Shown here in pieces: positions 13,901-25,800 of a stretch of DNA of 64,000 nucleotides. The notes below the pieces were generated by a model, which was given only the letters and a program-made list of their open reading frames with translations, ran no database searches and had not been told where the DNA came from. Both the position numbers and the translations under genes were made by a program. Origin of the DNA: Auanema rhodensis. Taxonomy: Eukaryota; Animalia; Nematoda. The stretch is from NCBI GenBank assembly GCA_964057225.1, contig OZ059900.1, positions 20,708,001 through 20,772,000 of the forward strand, in the 5' to 3' direction. Each line of letters opens with the position of its first letter. Positions within the stretch are counted from its first letter, which is position 1.

Positions 13901-14440
13901 AGGGGCGTGCCCTCAGAATATGCTAATTTCCTTAATTTTCTAACCCCTGTTTTTTTGTCGTGAAAGTGGAACTAGACGTTGTACGAACAATTTTGAGCTA
14001 GGTTTCATTGACATTGCATGAGTTTGAACACATGAAATCGTAAGTCAAAACCTTGTTTACAGCGAAATTTCCAAAAACTGGTTTTCCAGCATAATAAAAT
14101 ATTTCTCGTGGGAAATACTGTGTTTTTGTATTTTTCTAGTGTTCAGCATGTAAAATGCTTCATTTTAGTATGTAACACGCTGAAATTCGTTGCATTTGAC
14201 GACTCATATGAACAAAAATCGATTTAATCAATATTAGCCATAAGGGGCGTGCCCTCAGAATATGCTAATTTCCTTAATTTTCTAACCCCTGTTTTTTTGT
14301 CGTGAAAGTGGAACTAGACGTTGTACGAACAATTTTGAACTAGGTTTCATTGACATTGCATGAGTTTGAACACATGAAATCGTAAGTCAAAACCTTGTTT
14401 ACAGCGAAATTTCCAAAAACTGGTTTTCCAGCATAATAAA
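10600..14440 (+). repeat. Local 6-mer higher-order duplication (period 2053 bp)
   Basis: GCTGCATT at 10738/12791 and CTCATAAAAAATAC at 11030/13083. AAATCATAAG, CTAGGGTT, AGACATTG, GGTTTTATT and a +1 A insertion also repeat at a 2053-bp offset. Confidence 0.92.
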
Positions 14441-15732
14441 ATATTTCTCGTGGGAAATACTGTGTTTTTGTATTTTTCTAGTGTTCAGCATGTAAAATGC
14501 TTCATTTTAGTATGTAACACGCTGAAATTCGTTGCATTTGACGACTCATATGAACAAAAATCGATTTAATCAATATTAGCCATAAGGGGCGTGCCCTCAG
14601 AATATGCTAATTTCCTTAATTTTCTAACCCCTGTTTTTTTGTCGTGAAAGTGGAACTAGACGTTGTACGAACAATTTTGAGCTAGGTTTCATTGACATTG
14701 CATGAGTTTGAACACATGAAATCGTAAGTCAAAACCTTGTTTACAGCGAAATTTCCAAAAACTGGTTTTCCAGCATAATAAAATATTTCTCGTGGGAAAT
14801 ACTGTGTTTTTGTATTTTTCTAGTGTTCAGCATGTAAAATGCATCATTTTAGTATGTAACACGCTGAAATTCGTTGCATTTGACGACTCATATGAACAAA
14901 AATCGATTTAATCAATATTAGCCATAAGGGGCGTGCCCTCAGAATATGCTAATTTCCTTAATTTTCTAACCCCTGTTTTTTTGTCGTGAAAGTGGAACTA
15001 GACGTTGTACGAACAATTTTGAACTAGGTTTCATTGACATTGCATGAGTTTGAACACATGAAATCGTAAGTCAAAACCTTGTTTACAGCGAAATTTCCTA
15101 AAACTGGTTTTCCAGCATAATAAAATATTTCTAATGGGAAATACTGTGTTTTTGTATTTTTCTAGTGTTCAGCATGTAAAATGCTTCATTTTAGTATGTA
15201 ACACGCTGAAATTCGTTGCATTTGACGACTCATATGAACAAAAATCGATTTAATCAATATTAGCCATAAGGGGCGTGCCCTCAGAATATGCTAATTTCCT
15301 TAATTTTCTAACCCCTGTTTTTTTGTCGTGAAAGTGGAACTAGACGTTGTACGAACAATTTTGAGCTAGGTTTCATTGACATTGCATGAGTTTGAACACA
15401 TGAAATCGTAAGTCAAAACCTTGTTTACAGCGAAATTTCCAAAAACTGGTTTTCCAGCATAATAAAATATTTCTCGTGGGAAATACTGTGTTTTTGTATT
15501 TTTCTAGTGTTCAGCATGTGAAATGCTTCATTTTAGTATGTAACACGCTGAAATTCGTTGCATTTGACGACTCATATGAACAAAAATCGATTTAATCAAT
15601 ATTAGCCATAAGGGGCGTGCCCTCAGAATATGCTAATTTCCTTAATTTTCTAACCCCTGTTTTTTTGTCGTGAAAGTGGAACTAGACGTTGTACGAACAA
15701 TTTTGAACTAGGTTTCATTGACATTGCATGAG

Positions 15733-18700
15733 TTTGAACACATGAAATCGTAAGTCAAAACCTTGTTTACAGCGAAATTTCCAAAAACTGGTTTTCCAGC
15801 ATAATAAAATATTTCTAATGGGAAATACTGTGTTTTTGTATTTTTCTAGTGTTCAGCATGTAAAATGATTCATTTTAGTATGTAACACGCTGAAATTCGT
15901 TGCATTTGACGACTCATATGAACAAAAATCGATTTAATCAATATTCGCCATAAGGGGCGTGCCCTCAGAATATGCTAATTTCCTTAATTTTCTAACCCCT
16001 GTTTTTTTGTCGTGAAAGTGGAACTAGACGTTGTACGAACAATTTTGAACTAGGTTTCATTGACATTGCATGAGTTTGAACACATGAAATCGTAAGTCAA
16101 AACCTTGTTTACAGCGAAATTTCCAAAAACTGGTTTTCCAGCATAATAAAATATTTCTCATGGGAAATACTGTGTTTTTGTATTTTTCTAGTGTTCAGCA
16201 TGTAAAATGCTTCATTTTAGTATGTAACACGCTGAAATTCGTTGCATTTGACGACTCATATGAACAAAAATCGATTTAATCAATATTAGCCATAAGGGGC
16301 GTGCCCTCAGAATATGCTAATTTCCTTAATTTTCTAACCCCTGTTTTTTTGTCGTGAAAGTGGAACTAGACGTTGTACGAACAATTTTGAGCTAGGTTTC
16401 ATTGACATTGCATGAGTTTGAACACATGAAATCGTAAGTCAAAACCTTGTTTACAGCGAAATTTCCAAAAACTGGTTTTCCTGCATAATAAAATATTTCT
16501 CGTGGGAAATACTGTGTTTTTGTACTTTTCTAGTGTTCAGCATGTAAAATGCTTCATTTTAGTATGTAACACGCTGGAATTCGTTGCATTTGACGACTCA
16601 TATGAACAAAAATCGATTTAATCAATATTAGCCATAAGGGGCGTGCCCTCAGAATATGCTAATTTCCTTAATTTTCTAACCCCTGTTTTTTTGTCGTGAA
16701 AGTGGAACTAGACGTTGTACGAACAATTTTGAACTAGGTTTCATTGACATTGCATGAGTTTGAACACATGAAATCGTAAGTCAAAACCTTGTTTACAGCG
16801 AAATTTCCAAAAACTGGTTTTCCAGCATAATAAAATATTTCTAATGGGAAATACTGTGTTTTTGTATTTTTCTAGTGTTCAGCATGTAAAATGCTTCATT
16901 TTAGTATGTAACACGCTGAAATTCGTTGCATTTGACGACTCATATGAACAAAAATCGATTTAATCAATATTAGCCATAAGGGGCGTGCCCTCAGAATATG
17001 CTAATTTCCTTAATTTTCTAACCCCTGTTTTTTTGTCGTGAAAGTGGAACTAGACGTTGTACGAACAATTTTGAGCTAGGTTTCATTGACATTGCATGAG
17101 TTTGAACACATGAAATCGTAAGTCAAAACCTTGTTTACAGCGAAATTTCCAAAAACTGGTTTTCCAGCATAATAAAATATTTCTCGTGGGAAATACTGTG
17201 TTTTTGTATTTTTCTAGTGTTCAGCATGTAAAATGCTTCATTTTAGTATGTAACACGCTGAAATTCGTTGCATTTGACGACTCATATGAACAAAAATCGA
17301 TTTAATCAATATTAGCCATAAGGGGCGTGCCCTCAGAATATGCTAATTTCCTTAATTTTCTAACCCCTGTTTTTTTGTCGTGAAAGTGGAACTAGACGTT
17401 GTACGAACAATTTTGAGCTAGGTTTCATTGACATTGCATGAGTTTGAACACATGAAATCGTAAGTCAAAACCTTGTTTACAGCGAAATTTCCTAAAACTG
17501 GTTTTCCAGCATAATAAAATATTTCTAATGGGAAATACTGTGTTTTTGTATTTTTCTAGTGTTCAGCATGTAAAATGCTTCATTTTAGTATGTAACACGC
17601 TGAAATTCGTTGCATTTGACGACTCATATGAACAAAAATCGATTTAATCAATATTCGCCATAAGGGGCGTGCCCTCAGAATATGCTAATTTCCTTAATTT
17701 TCTAACCCCTGTTTTTTTGTCGTGAAAGTGGAACTAGACGTTGTACGAACAATTTTGAACTAGGTTTCATTGACATTGCATGAGTTTGAACACATGAAAT
17801 CGTAAGTCAAAACCTTGTTTACAGCGAAATTTCCAAAAACTGGTTTTCCAGCATAATAAAATATTTCTCATGGGAAATACTGTGTTTTTGTATTTTTCTA
17901 GTGTTCAGCATGTAAAATGCTTCATTTTAGTATGTAACACGCTGAAATTCGTTGCATTTGACGACTCATATGAACAAAAATCGATTTAATCAATATTAGC
18001 CATAAGGGGCGTGCCCTCAGAATATGCTAATTTCCTTAATTTTCTAACCCCTGTTTTTTTGTCGTGAAAGTGGAACTAGACGTTGTACGAACAATTTTGA
18101 GCTAGGTTTCATTGACATTGCATGAGTTTGAACACATGAAATCGTAAGTCAAAACCTTGTTTACAGCGAAATTTCCAAAAACTGGTTTTCCTGCATAATA
18201 AAATATTTCTCGTGGGAAATACTGTGTTTTTGTATTTTTCTAGTGTTCAGCATGTAAAATGCTTCATTTTAGTATGTAACACGCTGGAATTCGTTGCATT
18301 TGACGACTCATATGAACAAAAATCGATTTAATCAATATTAGCCATAAGGGGCGTGCCCTCAGAATATGCTAATTTCCTTAATTTTCTAACCCCTGTTTTT
18401 TTGTCGTGAAAGTGGAACTAGACGTTGTACGAACAATTTTGAACTAGGTTTCATTGACATTGCATGAGTTTGAACACATGAAATCGTAAGTCAAAACCTT
18501 GTTTACAGCGAAATTTCCAAAAACTGGTTTTCCAGCATAATAAAATATTTCTAATGGGAAATACTGTGTTTTTGTATTTTTCTAGTGTTCAGCATGTAAA
18601 ATGCTTCATTTTAGTATGTAACACGCTGAAATTCGTTGCATTTGACGACTCATATGAACAAAAATCGATTTAATCAATATTCGCCATAAGGGGCGTGCCC

Positions 18701-19494
18701 TCAGAATATGCTAATTTCCTTAATTTTCTAACCCCTGTTTTTTTGTCGTGAAAGTGGAACTAGACGTTGTACGAACAATTTTGAACTAGGTTTCATTGAC
18801 ATTGCATGAGTTTGAACACATGAAATCGTAAGTCAAAACCTTGTTTACAGCGAAATTTCCAAAAACTGGTTTTCCAGCATAATAAAATATTTCTCATGGG
18901 AAATACTGTGTTTTTGTATTTTTCTAGTGTTCAGCATGTAAAATGCTTCATTTTAGTATGTAACACGCTGAAATTCGTTGCATTTGACGACTCATATGAA
19001 CAAAAATCGATTTAATCAATATTAGCCATAAGGGGCGTGCCCTCAGAATATGCTAATTTCCTTAATTTTCTAACCCCTGTTTTTTTGTCGTGAAAGTGGA
19101 ACTAGACGTTGTACGAACAATTTTGAGCTAGGTTTCATTGACATTGCATGAGTTTGAACACATGAAATCGTAAGTCAAAACCTTGTTTACAGCGAAATTT
19201 CCAAAAACTGGTTTTCCTGCATAATAAAATATTTCTCGTGGGAAATACTGTGTTTTTGTATTTTTCTAGTGTTCAGCATGTAAAATGCTTCATTTTAGTA
19301 TGTAACACGCTGGAATTCGTTGCATTTGACGACTCATATGAACAAAAATCGATTTAATCAATATTAGCCATAAGGGGCGTGCCCTCAGAATATGCTAATT
19401 TCCTTAATTTTCTAACCCCTGTTTTTTTGTCGTGAAAGTGGAACTAGACGTTGTACGAACAATTTTGAACTAGGTTTCATTGACATTGCATGAG
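15733..19494 (+). repeat. Recurrent 3-monomer cassette (spacings 1710 and 1026 bp)
   Basis: ATATTCGCC variant at 15946, 17656 and 18682. Each is followed by a CTCATGGG/GAGCT monomer, then a CCTGCAT/GCTGGAATTC monomer. Confidence 0.85.
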
Positions 19495-19698
19495 TTTGAA
19501 CACATGAAATCGTAAGTCAAAACCTTGTTTACAGCGAAATTTCCAAAAACTGGTTTTCCAGCATAATAAAATATTTCTAATGGGAAATACTGTGTTTTTG
19601 TATTTTTCTAGTGTTCAGCATGTAAAATGCTTCATTTTAGTATGTAACACGCTGAAATTCGTTGCATTTGACGACTCATATGAACAAAAATCGATTTA

Positions 19699-19826
19699 AT
19701 CAATATTAGCCATAAGGGGCGTGCCCTCAGAATATGCTAATTTCCTTAATTTTCTAACCCCTGTTTTTTTGTCGTGAAAGTGGAACTAGACGTTGTACGA
19801 ACAATTTTGTAAATCGATTTTTGTTC
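19699..19826. other. Inversion junction / centre of array-scale quasi-palindrome (breakpoint 19809|19810; unpaired spacer 19699-19809)
   Basis: ...GTACGAACAATTTTG (forward, monomer position 315) is joined directly to TAAATCGATTTTTGTTCATATG (reverse, starting at monomer position 204). No inserted foreign bases. Confidence 0.97.
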
Positions 19827-22800
19827 ATATGAGTCGTCAAATGCAACGAATTTCAGCGTGTTACATACTAAAATGAAGCATTTTACATGCTGAACACTAG
19901 AAAAACACAAAAACACAGTATTTCCCATGAGAAATATTTTATTATGCTGGAAAATCAGTTTTTGGAAATTTCGCTGTAAACAAGGTTTTGACTTACGATT
20001 TCATGTGTTCAAACTCATGCAATGTCAATGAAACCTAGCTCAAAATTGTTCCTACAACGTCTAGTTCCACTTTCACGACAAAAAAACAGGGGTTAGAAAA
20101 TTAAGGAAATTAGCATATTCTGAGGGCACGCCTCTTATGGCTAATATTGATTAAATCGATTTTTGTTCATATGAGTCGTCAAATGCAACGAATTTCAGCG
20201 TGTTACATACTAAAATGAAGCATTTTACATGCTGAACACTATAAAATTACAAAAACACAGTATTTCCCATGAGAAATATTTTATTATGCTGGAAAACCAG
20301 TTTTTGGAAATTTCGCTGTAAACAAGGTTTTGACTTACGATTTCATGTGTTCAAACTCATGCAATGTCAATGAAACCTAGCTCAAAATTGTTCCTACAAC
20401 GTCTAGTTCCACTTTCACGACAAAAAAACAGGGGTTAGAAAATTAAGGAAATTAGCATATTCTGAGGGCACGCCCCTTATGGCTAATATTGATTAAATCG
20501 ATTTTTGTTCATATGAGTCGTCAAATGAAACGAATTTCAGCGTGTTACATACTAAAATGAAGCATTTTACATGCTGAACACTATAAAAATACAAAAACAC
20601 AGTATTTCCCATGAGAAATATTTTATTATGCTGGAAAACCAGTTTTTGGAAAGTTCGCTGTAAATAAGGTTTTGACTTACGATTTCATGTGTTCAAACTC
20701 ATGCAATGTCAATGAAACCTAGCTCAAAATTGTTCCTACAACGTCTAGTTCCACTTTCACGACAAAAAACAGGGGTTAGAAAATTAAGGAAATTAGCATA
20801 TTCTGAGGGCACGCCCCTTATGGATAATATTGATTAAATCGATTTTTGTTCATATGAGTCGTCAAATGCAACGAATTTCAGCGTGTTACATACTAAAATG
20901 AAGCATTTTACATGCTGAACACTAGAAAAATACAAAAACACAGTATTTCCCATGAGAAATATTTTATTATGCTGGAAAACCAGTTTTTGGAAATTTCGCT
21001 GTAAACAAGGTTTTGACTTACGATTTCATGTGTTCAAACTCATGCAATGTCAATGAAACCTAGCTCAAAATTGTTCCTACAACGTCTAGTTCCACTTTCA
21101 CGACAAAAAAACAGGGGTTAGAAAATTAAGGAAATTAGCATATTCTGAGGGCACGCCCCTTATGGCTAATATTGATTAAATCGATTTTTGTTCATATGAG
21201 TCGTCAAATGCAACGAATTTCAGCGTGTTACATACTAAAATGAAGCATTTCACATGCTGAACACTAGAAAAATACAAAAACACAGTATTTCCCATGAGAA
21301 ATATTTTATTATGCTGGAAAACCAGTTTTTGGAAATTTCGCTGTAAACAAGTTTTTGACTTACGATTTCATGTGTTCAAACTCATGCAATGTCAATGAAA
21401 CCTAGCTCAAAACTGTTCCTACAACGTCTAGTTCCACTTTCACGACAAAAAAACCGGGGGTAGAAAATTAAGGAAATTAGCATATTCTGAGGGCACGCCT
21501 CTTATGGCTAATATTGATTAAATCGATTTTTGTTCATATGAGTCGTCAAATGCAACGAATTTCAGCGTGTTACATACTAAAATGAAGCATTTTACATGCT
21601 GAACACTACAAAATTACAAAAACACAGTATTTCCCATGAGAAATATTTTATTATGCTGGAAAACCAGTTTTTGGAAATTTCGCTGTAAACAAGGTTTTGA
21701 CTTACGATTTCATGTGTTCAAACTCATGCAATGTCAATGAAACCTAGCTCAAAATTGTTCCTACAACGTCTAGTTCCACTTTCACGACAAAAAACAGGGG
21801 TTAGAAAATTAAGGAAATTAGCATATTCTGAGGGCACGCCCCTTATGGCTAATATTGATTAAATCGATTTTTGTTCATATGAGTCGTCAAATGCAACGAA
21901 TTTCAGCGTGTTACATACTAAAATGAAGCATTTTACATGCTGAACACTAGAAAAATACAAAAACACAGTATTTCCCATGAGAAATATTTTATTATGCTGG
22001 AAAACCAGTTTTTGGAAATTTCGCTGTAAACAAGGTTTTGACTTACGATTTCATGTGTTCAAACTCATGCAATGTCAATGAAACCTAGCTCAAAATTGTT
22101 CCTACAACGTCTAGTTCCACTTTCACGACAAAAAAACAGGGGTTAGAAAATTAAGGAAATTAGCATATTCTGAGGGCACGCCCCTTATGGCTAATATTGA
22201 TTAAATCGATTTTTGTTCATATGAGTCGTCAAATGCAACGAATTTCAGCGTGTTACATACTAAAATGAAGCATTTCACATGCTGAACACTAGAAAAATAC
22301 AAAAACACAGTATTTCCCATGAGAAATATTTTATTATGCTGGAAAACCAGTTTTTGGAAATTTCGCTGTAAACAAGTTTTTGACTTACGATTTCATGTGT
22401 TCAAACTCATGCAATGTCAATGAAACCTAGCTCAAAACTGTTCCTACAACGTCTAGTTCCACTTTCACGACAAAAAAACAGGGGTTAGAAAATTAAGGAA
22501 ATTAGCATATTCTGAGGGCACGCCTCTTATGGCTAATATTGATTAAATCGATTTTTGTTCATATGAGTCGTCAAATGCAACGAATTTCAGCGTGTTACAT
22601 ACTAAAATGAAGCATTTTACATGCTGAACACTACAAAATTACAAAAACACAGTATTTCCCATGAGAAATATTTTATTATGCTGGAAAACCAGTTTTTGGA
22701 AATTTCGCTGTAAACAAGGTTTTGACTTACGATTTCATGTGTTCAAACTCATGCAATGTCAATGAAACCTAGCTCAAAATTGTTCCTACAACGTCTAGTT

Positions 22801-25800
22801 CCACTTTCACGACAAAAAAACAGGGGTTAGAAAATTAAGGAAATTAGCATATTCTGAGGGCACGCCCCTTATGGCTAATATTGATTAAATCGATTTTTGT
22901 TCATATGAGTCGTCAAATGCAACGAATTTCAGCGTGTTACATACTGAAATGAAGCATTTTACATGCTGAACACTATAAAAATACAAAAACACAGTATTTC
23001 CCATGAGAAATATTTTATTATGCTGGAAAACCAGTTTTTGGAAATTTCGCTGTAAACAAGGTTTTGACTTACGATTTCATGTGTTCAAACTCATGCAATG
23101 TCAATGAAACCTAGCTCAAAATTGTTCCTACAACGTCTAGTTCCACTTTCACGACAAAAAACAGGGGTTAGAAAATTAAGGAAATTAGCATATTCTGAGG
23201 GCACGCCCCTTATGGCTAATATTGATTAAATCGATTTTTGTTCATATGAGTCGTCAAATGCAACGAATTTCAGCGTGTTACATACTAAAATGAAGCATTT
23301 TACATGCTAAACACTATAAAATTACAAAAACACAGTATTTCCCATGAGAAATATTTTATTATGCTGGAAAACCAGTTTTTGGAAATTTCGCTGTAAACAA
23401 GGTTTTGACTTACGATTTCATGTGTTCAAACTCATGCAATGTCAATGAAACCTAGCTCAAAATTGTTCCTACAACGTCTAGTTCCACTTTCACGACAAAA
23501 AAACAGGGGTTAGAAAATTAAGGAAATTAGCATATTCTGAGGGCACGCCCCTTATGGCTAATATTGATTAAATCGATTTTTGTTCATATGAGTCGTCAAA
23601 TGCAACGAATTTCAGCGTGTTACATACTAAAATGAAGCATTTTACATGCTGAACACTAGAAAAATACAAAAACACAGTATTTCCCATGAGAAATATTTTA
23701 TTATGCTGGAAAACCAGTTTTTGGAAATTTCGCTGTAAACAAGGTTTTGACTTACGATTTCATGTGTTCAAACTCATGCAATGTCAATGAAACCTAGCTC
23801 AAAATTGTTCGTACAACGTCTAGTCCCACTTTCACGACAAAAAAACAGGGGTTAGAAAATTAAGGAAATTAGCATATTCTGAGGGCACGCCCCTTATGGC
23901 TAATATTGATTAAATCGATTTTTGTTCATATGAGTCGTCAAATGCAACGAATTTCAGCGTGTTACATACTAAAATGAAGCATTTTACATGCTGAACACTA
24001 GAAAAATACAAAAACACAGTATTTCCCATGAGAAATATTTTATTATGCTGGAAAACCAGTTTTTGGAAATTTCGCTGTAAACAAGGTTTTGACTTACGAT
24101 TTCATGTGTTCAAACTCATGCAATGTCAATGAAACCTAGCTCAAAATTGTTTGTACAACGTCTAGTTCCACTTTCACGACAAAAAAACAGGGGTTAGAAA
24201 ATTAAGGGAATTAGCATATTCTGAGGGCACGCCCCTTATGGCTAATATTGATTAAATCGATTTTTGTTCATATGAGTCGTCAAATGCAACGAATTTCAGC
24301 GTGTTACATACTAAAATGAAGCATTTTACATGCTGAACACTAGAAAAATACAAAAACACAGTATTTCCCATGAGAAATATTTTATTATGCTGGAAAACCA
24401 GTTTTTGGAAATTTCGCTGTAAACAAGGTTTTGACTTACGATTTCATGTGTTCAAACTCATGCAATGTCAATGAAACCTAGCTCAAAATTGTTCGTACAA
24501 CGTCTAGTTCCACTTACACGACAAAAAAACAGGGGTTAGAAAATTAAGGAAATTAGCATATTCTGAGGGCACGCCCCTTATGGCTAATATTGATTAAATC
24601 GATTTTTGTTCATATGAGTCGTCAAATGCAACGAATTTCAGCGTGTTACATACTGAAATGAAGCATTTTACATGCTGAACACTAGAAAAATACAAAAACA
24701 CAGTATTTCCCATGAGAAATATTTTATTATGCTGGAAAACCAGTTTTTGGAAATTTCGCTGTAAACAAGGTTTTGACTTACGATTTCATGTGTTCAAACT
24801 CATGCAATGTCAATGAAACCTAGCTCAAAATTGTTCGTACAACGTCTAGTTCCACTTACACGACAAAAAAACAGGGGTTAGAAAATTAAGGAAATTAGCA
24901 TATTCTGAGGGCACGCCCCTTATGGCTAATATTGATTAAATCGATTTTTGTTCATATGAGTCGTCAAATGCAACGAATTTCAGCGTGTTACATACTGAAA
25001 TGAAGCATTTTACATGCTGAACACTAGAAAAATACAAAAACACAGTATTTCCCATGAGAAATATTTTATTATGCTGGAAAACCAGTTTTTGGAAATTTCG
25101 CTGTAAACAAGGTTTTGACTTACGATTTCATGTGTTCAAACTCATGCAATGTCAATGAAACCTAGCTCAAAATTGTTCGTACAACGTCTGGTTCCACTTT
25201 CACAACAAAAAAACAGGGGTTAGAAAATTAAGGAAATTAGCATATTCTGAGGGCACGCCCCTTATGGCTAATATTGATTAAATCGATTTTTGTTCATATG
25301 AGTCGTCAAATGCAACGAATTTCAGCGTGTTACATACTAAAATGAAGCATTTTACATGCTGAACACTAGAAAAATACAAAAACACAGTATTTCCCATGAG
25401 AAATATTTTATTATGCTGGAAAACCAGTTTTTGGAAATTTCGCTGTAAACAAGGTTTTGACTTACGATTTCATGTGTTCAAACTCATGCAATGTCAATGA
25501 AACCTAGCTCAAAATTGTTCGTACAACGTCTAGTTCCACTTTCACGACAAAAAAACAGGGTTAGAAAATTAAGGGAATTAGCATATTCTGAGGGCACGCC
25601 CCTTATGGCTAATATTGATTAAATCGATTTTTGTTCATATGAGTCGTCAAATGCAACGAATTTCAGCGTGTTACATACTAAAATGAAGCATTTTACATGC
25701 TGAACACTAGAAAAATACAAAAACACAGAATTTCCCATGAGAAATATTTTATTATGCTGGAAAACCAGTTTTTATAAATTTCGCTGTAAACAAGGTTTTG

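Larger units (their letters stand above)
1..19809 (+). repeat. Satellite DNA array, left arm: 342-bp monomer, 57 full copies plus 315 bp (open at window start)
   Basis: TTTGAACACATGAAATCGTAAGTC recurs at 1, 343, 685 ... 3421 ... 19495 (19494 = 57 x 342). Two 1-bp deletions (~6181, ~9259) and two 1-bp insertions (~11680, ~13732) cancel out. No intervening unique sequence. Confidence 0.99.

Noticed and set aside
19746-19928. 60-aa ORF spanning the inversion junction
   Set aside because: It is a chance fusion: the usual stop is lost at the breakpoint and reading continues into the opposite-strand monomer. There is no recognisable domain or gene context.
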